This document shows, piece after piece, positions 27,251 to 34,679 of a stretch of 64,000 nt of DNA (position 1 is its first letter; every line of letters starts with the position of its first letter). The notes below the pieces were generated by a model. That model searched no databases, was not told the origin of the DNA, and worked only from the letters and a program-made list of their open reading frames with translations. The translations under genes were made by a program, and so were the position numbers. Origin of the DNA: a virus (Duplodnaviria; Caudoviricetes); IMG/VR virus record IMGVR_UViG_3300037515_000354, positions 5,362 through 69,361 of that record. One strand, written 5' to 3'.

Positions 27251-27310
27251 GGCGAAACGCCCCTCGGGGCGTCCGCCGGGGGTGCCTCCCCGGCGCTGAT
27301 GAGCCAGGCA
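27251..27310 (+). ncRNA. Type II hammerhead ribozyme 2 (cleavage after C27273)
   Basis: Identical to copy 1. Confidence 0.92.
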
Positions 27311-27330
27311 AACGAACCGAGGAGCCGGTC

Positions 27331-27531
27331 ATGGCACTTACCCCCGGAACACAGATCACCGTCCTGCTGGGGACCGAGCCGGAGCAGTTCACGGTCGAGA
27401 GTGTCGACAAGGACTGCACGGTGCATGTGCGGTCGAACGCTGCGCCGTACAGCCTGGTCATGTGGCCGACTGACTACCGCCTCGGTGCCACGCTGCACAA
27501 GATGGGCCAACCGGGTACCAAGGGTTGGTAA
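27331..27531 (+). CDS. Hypothetical protein
   Basis: GAGGAG RBS. Confidence 0.75.
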   Translation: MALTPGTQITVLLGTEPEQFTVESVDKDCTVHVRSNAAPYSLVMWPTDYRLGATLHKMGQPGTKGW

Positions 27532-27550
27532 CTGATCTCCGTCTGATCAA

Positions 27551-27610
27551 GGCGAAACGCCCCTCGGGGCGTCCGCCGGGGGTGCCTCCCCGGCGCTGAT
27601 GAGCCAGGCA
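27551..27610 (+). ncRNA. Type II hammerhead ribozyme 3 (cleavage after C27573)
   Basis: Identical to copy 1. Confidence 0.92.
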
Positions 27611-27624
27611 CGGAAGGAAAGATC

Positions 27625-27771
27625 ATGGATGCCGCAACCGAAGCGATCAGTTTCGCCGCCGCCGCGTGGTCGCTCGAACTGATCGACCACTACCCCGGCA
27701 CCGACGCCGACCGTGACGACATGATCCGCAATCTGGCCGCGTACGGTCCGGCCATCACCGAGAGGGACTGA
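27625..27771 (+). CDS. 48-aa hypothetical protein (not in ORF track)
   Basis: AAGGAAAG RBS; MDAATEAISF...ITERD. Confidence 0.6.
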   Translation: MDAATEAISFAAAAWSLELIDHYPGTDADRDDMIRNLAAYGPAITERD

Positions 27772-27776
27772 TCCAA

Positions 27777-28007
27777 ATGACCATGGACACCACCATCCGT
27801 ACCGGCGACGTTGTCGTGATCTTCTACGACGCCGACTCGCTGCCCGGAACGGTCTGCAAGATCGTAAAGTCCCGCACCGGCAACGTCCGCCGGGTCGGGA
27901 TCGCTCCCGACGGCGCGGACATCGTGGCCTGGTTCATCCCGGTGCCCGACATGTTCGACGGGGCCTGTCTGGTCTCGGTGGGGGGTTCCACCGTCGCGTA
28001 CTGGTAA
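27777..28007 (+). CDS. Hypothetical protein (SH3-like beta pattern)
   Basis: IRTGDVVVIF...PGTVCKIV. Confidence 0.65.
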   Translation: MTMDTTIRTGDVVVIFYDADSLPGTVCKIVKSRTGNVRRVGIAPDGADIVAWFIPVPDMFDGACLVSVGGSTVAYW

Positions 28008-28009
28008 GA

Positions 28010-28073
28010 GGCGAAACGCTCCCTCCGGGGAGCGTCCATCGGGCATGGTCCCCCGGTGCTGATGAGCCGGACC
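28010..28073 (+). ncRNA. Type II hammerhead ribozyme 4, divergent (cleavage after C28036)
   Basis: Same core; compensatory stems CGCTCCC/GGGAGCG and CATCGGG/CCCGGTG; loop TGGTC pairs with tail GACCA. Confidence 0.92.
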
Positions 28074-28089
28074 ACGAGGAGGAGCGATC

Positions 28090-28287
28090 ATGAGCATTAC
28101 ACTCACCAAATTCAAGATCCAAGACGTTGTGATCGACAACGACTGGAACGACCCCCCGGATCTCGGAATGATCGTCGACATTCCGAACGACGGTAACGAC
28201 CGCCGTTTCGAGATCTTCTGGCAGGACGGAACGCATACGTTCGAGCGCCTGTCTGGTATGGCCGACTTCGGCCACGTGAGTGTGTGA
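28090..28287 (+). CDS. Hypothetical protein
   Basis: GAGGAGGAG RBS. Confidence 0.75.
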   Translation: MSITLTKFKIQDVVIDNDWNDPPDLGMIVDIPNDGNDRRFEIFWQDGTHTFERLSGMADFGHVSV

Positions 28288-28369
28288 TCTCCGCTCGGGT
28301 GCGCGTCTCGTACGTGCACCCCCTGAGGCTGATCATCCATACCTCACTCCGACTACCACAGGAGCGACC

Positions 28370-28570
28370 ATGTTCACGATCGTTTACCGCACGCAGCTCG
28401 ACAGCACCCTGACGCGACTGGAGACCGACAACCTGTACGACGCGATGTTCGTGCTTCAGGACGTTGCGGTCCGCCGGGACGCCGAACTGATCGACTTCAG
28501 CCCTGAGCTGGACGGAGCGCTGGACGGCCTGCTCGACCACGTCCGGCTGTCCGTCGCTCGCGCGCTCTGA
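28370..28570 (+). CDS. Hypothetical protein
   Basis: AGGAG RBS. Confidence 0.7.
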   Translation: MFTIVYRTQLDSTLTRLETDNLYDAMFVLQDVAVRRDAELIDFSPELDGALDGLLDHVRLSVARAL

Positions 28571-28611
28571 TCAAGGACAGTAAAGCTGATCTTCGACAAG
28601 AGGAGACCATC

Positions 28612-28809
28612 ATGAACGTCCTCATCATGCACGTGTTCTACCCCGGCATGACGCAGTCCCGCCCGGTGTCCGTGGGCGACCCGGTGACGGATGCCGGTTA
28701 CACCGGCTACGTCTGGACCGTGGACATCAACGACGTGAACGCGGACCCGGTCCGTACGCACTGCTCGCGTCTGTCGGAAGACCCGGTCGGCCAACTGTCC
28801 GTCCGTTGA
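28612..28809 (+). CDS. Hypothetical protein
   Basis: AGGAGAC RBS. Confidence 0.7.
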   Translation: MNVLIMHVFYPGMTQSRPVSVGDPVTDAGYTGYVWTVDINDVNADPVRTHCSRLSEDPVGQLSVR

Positions 28810-28951
28810 TCAGCAGCTCCGGCCGGTGTCAGAGCCGACCGGAGCACTAGGCGCGGGTCACGGGCCGGTCATCCCCCCGTCACTCCGTTGCCAGCACAAC
28901 GACCGGCCGGATCCCCCGGCCGGTCCACCTCGTTCAACCGCAGGAGCGATC

Positions 28952-30145
28952 ATGCAACTCACTCTCCGTAAGGGCACTCTCCAGGATCTGGCCACCGAGC
29001 TGGCCGAGCAGCAAGAGCGCAAGAACGATCTCGTCGTCCCCGCGTCCAAGCTGTGGTCCCACAACGGCAACGTGATCGTTGCCGGTGGCCGCCCCGAGCG
29101 GATCGACTCCGACGGAGTCACTCCCGCCGGGAACCTCGAACTGACCCCGTCCGGCGTGTTCGACACCGGCATGGTGGCCAAGCTGTCGCAGCCCGGCCGT
29201 CCGGTCGGCCGCGCGTTCATCCGTGGGCTGCGCGAGACCGGCCGTACGGACATCATCGACGGCGTGTACAACGGATTGCTGCACGGTAGTGCCGATCTCG
29301 CGGTGCAGGGCGACGCCCGGAAGTTCTTCGTCCGCACCTTCACGGGTCAGGGCGACGGACCGGGCTACGCCCGCGCACTGCTCAGTGACAGCTACCGGCC
29401 GATCGACAACTGGGACGTGCTCGCGACCGTGATCGACGGTCTCACGTCCGCCGGATTCTCCGGCCACGTGGTCCGGCAGGCCGATCTGTCGGACGACAAG
29501 ATGTACCTCCGCGTGTCGGTGCCGGAGATCACGGCGCTCGCGCCTGGTCTGTTGCACGGCTACACCTCGCCTTACGGCGGAGCGCGCGGTGCGGACAACC
29601 CGGTCGTCGAGGCCGGGATCGTCATCACCAACTCGGAGACCGGGGGCGGTGCCTTCACGATCACTCCCGAGCTGGTCGTCCAGATCTGCTCGAACGGGAT
29701 GACGATCAAGCGGGACATGATCCGCAAGACGCATCTCGGGTCCAAGCTCGACGAGGGGCACATGAAGATCAGTCAGCGGACCCTGGCGGCTAACCGTGAG
29801 CTGGTCGCGTCTCAGACCCGCGACGCCATCGAGACGTTCCTGGACGAGGGGTACATGAACCGCGTGCTCCAGCAGATCGAAGCGGGCTCGGACGAGAAGA
29901 TCGCCGACGTCGAGAAGACGATCGAAGTGATCACTCAGCGTCCGGCGTTCGGCAAGGCGGACATGAAGGGCCTTCTCGCCACGTTCATGGACGGAGGCGA
30001 CCGCACGCGCGGCGGTCTGGTGCAGGCGGTCACCGCGTACTCGCAACAGATCGACGACGCCGACCGGGCGTACGAGATGGACGCGGATGCGCTTCCGGCC
30101 GCCGGGTTCAGCAACGTGACCGGCCTGGTTCCCGCCGGACGCTGA
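28952..30145 (+). CDS. DUF932-like protein
   Basis: RALLSDSYRPIDNWDVL; ITNSETGGGAF...QICSNGM. Confidence 0.75.
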   Translation: MQLTLRKGTLQDLATELAEQQERKNDLVVPASKLWSHNGNVIVAGGRPERIDSDGVTPAGNLELTPSGVFDTGMVAKLSQPGRPVGRAFIRGLRETGRTDIIDGVYNGLLHGSADLAVQGDARKFFVRTFTGQGDGPGYARALLSDSYRPIDNWDVLATVIDGLTSAGFSGHVVRQADLSDDKMYLRVSVPEITALAPGLLHGYTSPYGGARGADNPVVEAGIVITNSETGGGAFTITPELVVQICSNGMTIKRDMIRKTHLGSKLDEGHMKISQRTLAANRELVASQTRDAIETFLDEGYMNRVLQQIEAGSDEKIADVEKTIEVITQRPAFGKADMKGLLATFMDGGDRTRGGLVQAVTAYSQQIDDADRAYEMDADALPAAGFSNVTGLVPAGR

Positions 30146-30146
30146 A

Positions 30147-30208
30147 TGATCGGAGGCAGCATGGTGGCCGGTCCCTCCGGGGGCCGGTTGGCCACGGGTT
30201 ACCGATCA
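30147..30208 (+). ncRNA. Unknown 62-nt structured intergenic motif, copy A
   Basis: Terminal stem TGATCGG/CCGATCA and inner stem CCGGTCCC/GGGGCCGG; repeated at 30635. Confidence 0.6.
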
Positions 30209-30218
30209 CTGAAAGGAA

Positions 30219-30446
30219 ATGACCATGGCAGGTAAGTACTTCGTCGACTGGACGGATCCGCCTTTCCCGGCCATCCGGCCTATCGGTGATGCGTCTTCGT
30301 ACGCGGAGCCGATGACTCTGGCGGAAGCCAAGCAGGACATCATCAGCAGCTTCCAGGGGCAGCTCGAACACGCCCGGGACCAGATTCGCCGGACCCGGTC
30401 CCTGAAGGTCGCGGACATCAAGGCGGAAGCCGAAAGGGGCTGGTGA
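30219..30446 (+). CDS. Hypothetical protein
   Basis: AAAGGA RBS. Confidence 0.7.
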   Translation: MTMAGKYFVDWTDPPFPAIRPIGDASSYAEPMTLAEAKQDIISSFQGQLEHARDQIRRTRSLKVADIKAEAERGW

Positions 30447-30637
30447 TCATGCGCGTAGGCGACCTGATCCAGATGACGGTTACCCGATGCGATTCGATCA
30501 TTGAAGTCACCGCTCGGTTCGGGGGGCAGGAAGGACGCGGCCAGGCCCCGAACACCGGGACCCTCGCGCAGGACGTGGCCGCACTCCGGGCGGTCCGCAA
30601 TCTGAAGCGCAAGCTGGACGGCCGACCGGCCGAATGA
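30443..30637 (+). CDS. Hypothetical protein
   Basis: GTGA overlap; stop lies in motif copy B. Confidence 0.6.
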   Translation: MIMRVGDLIQMTVTRCDSIIEVTARFGGQEGRGQAPNTGTLAQDVAALRAVRNLKRKLDGRPAE

Positions 30638-30696
30638 TCGGAGGCAGCATGGTGGCCGGTCCCCTGGGGGGCCGGTCGGCCATGGGTTACCGATCA
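30635..30696 (+). ncRNA. Unknown 62-nt structured intergenic motif, copy B
   Basis: Differs from copy A in the apical loop and two stem-compatible positions. Confidence 0.6.
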
Positions 30697-30714
30697 CAGG
30701 AGGAGCGAGAGTAC

Positions 30715-31194
30715 ATGGACGTAGCAGACATCTTCAAGGATCTCGGAAGCGTGGTGTCCGGCGTCTCCGAGAAAATGGACTGGGCCGAGGACGAGATCGA
30801 AAAGGCTCAGGCCCGGCACGGCGAAACCGGCCGTGGCCCGCTGTGGGGCAGCTTCCGGGCGGTCCGGCAGAACGAGAATCACATGGCCGAAGAGATCATC
30901 TACCGGGCGCACGCCAGGGAGATTCTCGACCGGGTGGCCGCCGGTCGCGACGTCCGTCCCGGCACCGACGCCGAGATGATCGCTGCGCTCCGCGCGTCGT
31001 CGCTGGTGTCGCCACTGCCATCGGCCGCCGCGACCCTGTATTTCCGGATCGCGGCCCGGTCGTTCCCGGAACTGTTCGCCACGGTCATGGCCGTGATCGA
31101 CTTGAAGGCATACGAGGCGGTGCACGGCACGGCCGCCGACGACCAAGAATCCTGGCTCCGGGCCAAGCTGGCCACGGACCGGGGGAAGGACTGA
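30715..31194 (+). CDS. Hypothetical protein
   Basis: AGGAGG RBS. Confidence 0.75.
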   Translation: MDVADIFKDLGSVVSGVSEKMDWAEDEIEKAQARHGETGRGPLWGSFRAVRQNENHMAEEIIYRAHAREILDRVAAGRDVRPGTDAEMIAALRASSLVSPLPSAAATLYFRIAARSFPELFATVMAVIDLKAYEAVHGTAADDQESWLRAKLATDRGKD

Positions 31195-31196
31195 TC

Positions 31197-31496
31197 ATGG
31201 CGCACGAGATGTCCGAGGAGATGTGGCGCGCCTGTCACCCGCCCATCGACACCATCGCGATTCCGCCGGAGCTGTGCCCCGAGCACCGGAGCATCGCGCA
31301 CGACTGGCGGAACAATCTCTACAGCTCGTACAACCCGTCCGAGTGGCCGGGCGGCTCACACATCATGGACAGCCGGACCAGCCACCGCGACCGCCGGTAC
31401 GACTGGGAGACCAAGAACGAGGACCAGGTGCGGCTGACGGTCAAGTCGTGCTTGTCCGGCCGGTCTCCGCAGTGCAACCACCCCGAGGAGGGTTGA
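31197..31496 (+). CDS. Hypothetical protein
   Basis: Operon packing. Confidence 0.65.
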   Translation: MAHEMSEEMWRACHPPIDTIAIPPELCPEHRSIAHDWRNNLYSSYNPSEWPGGSHIMDSRTSHRDRRYDWETKNEDQVRLTVKSCLSGRSPQCNHPEEG

Positions 31497-31498
31497 CC

Positions 31499-31732
31499 GT
31501 GGCAGCAAAGATCACAGATCCGGCCGACTTCGAAGAGCCGGTGTTCAGCCCGTCGGAGATTCTGGCGTGGACCACCTCGGACGCCGGGGGCAGTCTGCCA
31601 AACGTGTCCGCGCGGCCGTTCACCGAGTGGCTGAACGGTACGTGGAACCAGTTCGACGACGGCTCCGGCACCCAGACCAACGAGAACATCCTGAAGGGTG
31701 CCCTGGAGCACTGGACGGGGGGCCGGTCATGA
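31499..31732 (+). CDS. Hypothetical protein
   Basis: GAGGAGG RBS. Confidence 0.65.
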   Translation: MAAKITDPADFEEPVFSPSEILAWTTSDAGGSLPNVSARPFTEWLNGTWNQFDDGSGTQTNENILKGALEHWTGGRS

Positions 31733-32019
31733 CTCAGGTGCGCACCCTCGCTCAGGCCGAGGAAGCGATCAGGGAGCTGCGCCCGTTCCGGCTGCGCGAC
31801 ACCCTGCGGGCACTGCCCGTTTGGAACGGAACGACCGGATCCCTGCCGTGGCCCGACTACCACGAGTCCATCAAGGACGCGGTGTACGTGGTGATCAGCT
31901 ACGGCACGCCGATCGCCTGGGTCCGGCCGGACGGCACGAAGGTGCTGCCGGACATCGGGTACAGCGCCACGACCGGGCAGCACCAGTACATCGTCAAGGA
32001 CGCGGGGATCGACTCATGA
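31729..32019 (+). CDS. Hypothetical protein
   Basis: YVVISYGTPIAW...YSATTGQHQ, a common small phage family pattern. Confidence 0.7.
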   Translation: MTQVRTLAQAEEAIRELRPFRLRDTLRALPVWNGTTGSLPWPDYHESIKDAVYVVISYGTPIAWVRPDGTKVLPDIGYSATTGQHQYIVKDAGIDS

Positions 32020-32321
32020 CCTGCATCCTGCGACTGTGCGGCGGCTGCAACGGATCGTTCTGCGGGGACAACCGCAACGAAACGTATTTCTGCCCGAAGT
32101 GCACGGCTGCACTGCCGGAGTTCGATCCCCAGCCGTACGCGAAGTGCGAGGGACGGCCGGACCGGCAGCAAGTCAAGTACGGCCCGTACCTGCGTGACCA
32201 TGTCGTCCTCGCCCGTGAGGGCGACATGGTGACGATCAGGCTCCTGGGCAGCCCGGACGCACCGTCGTTCGAGGTGCACGTCAACAACCTGCGACCGCCG
32301 TGGGTTTCCTACGGCCGGTAG
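32016..32321 (+). CDS. Hypothetical zinc-ribbon protein
   Basis: CGGC..C, CPKC. Confidence 0.65.
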   Translation: MTCILRLCGGCNGSFCGDNRNETYFCPKCTAALPEFDPQPYAKCEGRPDRQQVKYGPYLRDHVVLAREGDMVTIRLLGSPDAPSFEVHVNNLRPPWVSYGR

Positions 32322-32459
32322 CACATACGGGGAGGTACGCGACTCCCATGTCATATCCGCCGAGGGGCCTGAGCGTCGCTGTGACGTCCGGGCCCCGATA
32401 CCTGGGGAGGTTGCACCACCCCGGCTCTGTGCGCCCCGCTGTGGGGCGCACAGAGCTTT

Positions 32460-32508
32460 GCCCCCGTGGAGTAACGGGATCTCGCCGGTTCGAATCCGGT
32501 CGGGGGCA
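32460..32508 (+). ncRNA. 49-nt tRNA-like element lacking the anticodon arm
   Basis: Acceptor GCCCCCG/CGGGGGC plus A; D-like arm GAG/CTC; T arm GCCGG-TTCGAAT-CCGGT. Confidence 0.8.
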
Positions 32509-32552
32509 CGCACGAGAGACACGATTCTGTCCGGCCACCAAAGGAACCGATC

Positions 32553-32684
32553 ATGACAGACAGGCATGACCAGAACACCGAGGACGAGTATCCGCGCACG
32601 GTCGACTTCGAGCCCGAGCCGGAGCTGTTCGACGTGAACGAGGTGGCCGCTGAGATATGGGCCGCCACCCACCCGAAGGCGTGA
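32553..32684 (+). CDS. 43-aa acidic protein
   Basis: AAAGGAA RBS. Confidence 0.55.
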   Translation: MTDRHDQNTEDEYPRTVDFEPEPELFDVNEVAAEIWAATHPKA

Positions 32685-32689
32685 TCAGA

Positions 32690-32833
32690 ATGCTGATTGC
32701 GCTCATCTCCGATCACCGGGCCCGCACGGTCCTCATGATCCTCGCTCTGATGGGTGCCGTCCTCCTCGCCTCGTGCGGGAGCGAAGGCGGCATGTACCAG
32801 GGCGGGAACGACGACTCACCGCACTGGCGGTGA
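32690..32833 (+). CDS. 47-aa putative lipoprotein
   Basis: Hydrophobic stretch ending in lipobox LASC. Confidence 0.55.
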   Translation: MLIALISDHRARTVLMILALMGAVLLASCGSEGGMYQGGNDDSPHWR

Positions 32834-32928
32834 CTACCGGAAGAGACAACTGAATAGGAACAACGCGGGGGCCGGACATCGAGTCCGGCCCCTGCGATCG
32901 TCCGTCGACCCGACAGGAAAGGACCACC

Positions 32929-33627
32929 ATGACCATCTACTACAAAACCGTCCGGATGGACGGCACGGACTTCTGGACAGGCACTGTCGACTATGCGTCG
33001 CTGTCCGGTACCGGGCGTTCGCTGCCCCGGTTGCCGGGAGGTCAGTGCTGCGGGCCCGGCGTGTACCACGCATCCACAGTCGCCGCTGAGACGCTGATCG
33101 GTGGCTACTGGCCGTGCAGACTCTTCGAGGTGGAAGGCGAAGCGGTCTCGGAATCCGGGCACAAGCGTGGTTTCCGCACGTTGACTGTCGGCCAGGAGCT
33201 GCCTGCCTGGCGGGCTCTCGGGCCGAACGGCGAAGCAGTCGTCGCACTGATCGAAAAGGCCGAGCGCCTCACAGACGGAGAAATTTCTGGCCTCGGTGCA
33301 GCGTGGAACGAGGCGAGGGACGCGGTGAGTAACGAGGCGAGGAGCACGACGTGGAACGAGGCGAGGGACGCGGCGAGGGGCGCGGCGAGGGACGCGGCGA
33401 GGGGCGCGGCGAGGGAGGCGGCGAGGGAGGCGGCGATGGGCCTGGCAAGGAACACGGTGGGGAACGCGGTGAATCACGCGGCGAAGTACCTCGCCGCGAG
33501 GAACGCGGCGGTGAGTTCGGCGCGGAGTGCGGCAATGGCGATGGTGACCCAGGACTTGATCACCGAAGAACAGTTCCGGATCCTGGCGGACCCGTGGCTG
33601 TCCGTTATGGGCGGGACACCGGCGTGA
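32929..33627 (+). CDS. Hypothetical protein with Ala-rich tetrapeptide repeats
   Basis: AGGAAAGGA RBS; GCCGPGVYHAS; (ARDA/ARGA/AREA)n. Confidence 0.75.
   Translation: MTIYYKTVRMDGTDFWTGTVDYASLSGTGRSLPRLPGGQCCGPGVYHASTVAAETLIGGYWPCRLFEVEGEAVSESGHKRGFRTLTVGQELPAWRALGPNGEAVVALIEKAERLTDGEISGLGAAWNEARDAVSNEARSTTWNEARDAARGAARDAARGAAREAAREAAMGLARNTVGNAVNHAAKYLAARNAAVSSARSAAMAMVTQDLITEEQFRILADPWLSVMGGTPA
33353..33434 (+). repeat. 12-bp imperfect tandem repeat GCGAGGGNNGCG within the CDS
   Basis: About 6 units read directly. Confidence 0.8.
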
Positions 33628-33854
33628 ACAGGCGACGGAGCACCGGGCGCCGGGACGGCTACGACCGCCATGGCTACGACCGTGGCCACCGGAGCCACGG
33701 CGGTGGCGGTAGCTGGTGGGTATGGATCGTCGTCATCGCGGCCGTCGTGATGTGGGGGTCCAGCAAGCAGGGGGACGGTACCCCCCGCCAGGACACGCCG
33801 CGCGACGGCAACTCGTCCACCGTGTGCACGCAGTACTTCCGGGGGGGTTGCTGA
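33624..33854 (+). CDS. Small single-TM protein
   Basis: WWVWIVVIAAVVMW; C-terminal CTQYFRGGC. Confidence 0.6.
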   Translation: MNRRRSTGRRDGYDRHGYDRGHRSHGGGGSWWVWIVVIAAVVMWGSSKQGDGTPRQDTPRDGNSSTVCTQYFRGGC

Positions 33855-33856
33855 CC

Positions 33857-34126
33857 ATGCACGCGGACATCCTCAAGATCCTCTACCGCTTCGAAGAAAC
33901 CGGCCCCGGGAGCGAGGTTCCAGCCGACGACATGGACGTCATCCGGGGGTACGTGACCGGTCTCATAACCGGCACAGCGTCCGTTCCGATGCGCGAAGCA
34001 GAAGCCTTGATCCGCTTCCTTCAGTGGGCGGACTGGGCCGGAGGGTGGGAGCGCGGTTACGACTCCGGTATCCGGAACACGCGCCCTGTATTCAGCTTGA
34101 ACCTCGATACTCCGAAAGGGAGTTGA
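33857..34126 (+). CDS. Hypothetical protein
   Basis: Operon packing. Confidence 0.6.
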   Translation: MHADILKILYRFEETGPGSEVPADDMDVIRGYVTGLITGTASVPMREAEALIRFLQWADWAGGWERGYDSGIRNTRPVFSLNLDTPKGS

Positions 34127-34133
34127 CCTGATC

Positions 34134-34412
34134 GTGGCAGACAAGATCACTTGGTACTTCGTTTCGACTGTGTCCGGAAAGATCGACACAGACGACGAAG
34201 GCACCCCGTTGCACTACCCGACGCAGACCGGCGCCGTGGATTCGATCAAGATCGGCGAACACGGGGACATCGGCACCCGGTACGTGGTCAAGGCCGAACT
34301 TAAGACGGTGGCTGTGGCCACTCGTTCATGGACCCTGGTATCCGCCAAGCCCCCGGCCGACCCGTTCGCCGGAGACCGTCCGTACGTGCCTGGCGACTTC
34401 CAGACCGACTAG
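34134..34412 (+). CDS. Hypothetical protein
   Basis: GGGAG RBS. Confidence 0.65.
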   Translation: MADKITWYFVSTVSGKIDTDDEGTPLHYPTQTGAVDSIKIGEHGDIGTRYVVKAELKTVAVATRSWTLVSAKPPADPFAGDRPYVPGDFQTD

Positions 34413-34425
34413 AGAGGAGCTGACC

Positions 34426-34674
34426 TTGAACTTCGAAGAGGACGACTACGCATCGATCAGAGATGAGCACACGGTGACCCGGTTCGCGGTCTTCGGGTGG
34501 CGCTGGTGCACCACACAGAACCGGTGGGAGCCGGTCACCCGGACCATGGCCACCCGGAAGCGCGCGTTCGAGCGGCTCGCGGAGGTGCGCGCCGATCACC
34601 CGTCTCACCGGCCGGAAGATTTCCGCGTAGTGCAGATCGACCGGATCCACCGGACCACCGAGCTGAAGGAGTAG
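34426..34674 (+). CDS. Hypothetical protein
   Basis: GAGGAG RBS. Confidence 0.6.
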   Translation: MNFEEDDYASIRDEHTVTRFAVFGWRWCTTQNRWEPVTRTMATRKRAFERLAEVRADHPSHRPEDFRVVQIDRIHRTTELKE

Positions 34675-34679
34675 CGATC

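Noticed and set aside
26972-27610. Three identical 60-bp repeats with unique spacers resembling a CRISPR array
   Set aside because: Spacers are 219-240 bp and contain RBS+ORFs, there are no cas genes, and the repeats fold as hammerhead ribozymes.
30147-30208. c-di-GMP-I riboswitch (3' GGGTTACCGA similarity)
   Set aside because: Lacks the P2 GAAA tetraloop/receptor architecture and is too short; kept as an unknown motif.
33300-33470. Diversity-generating retroelement or retron
   Set aside because: No reverse transcriptase and no template/variable repeat pair in the window.
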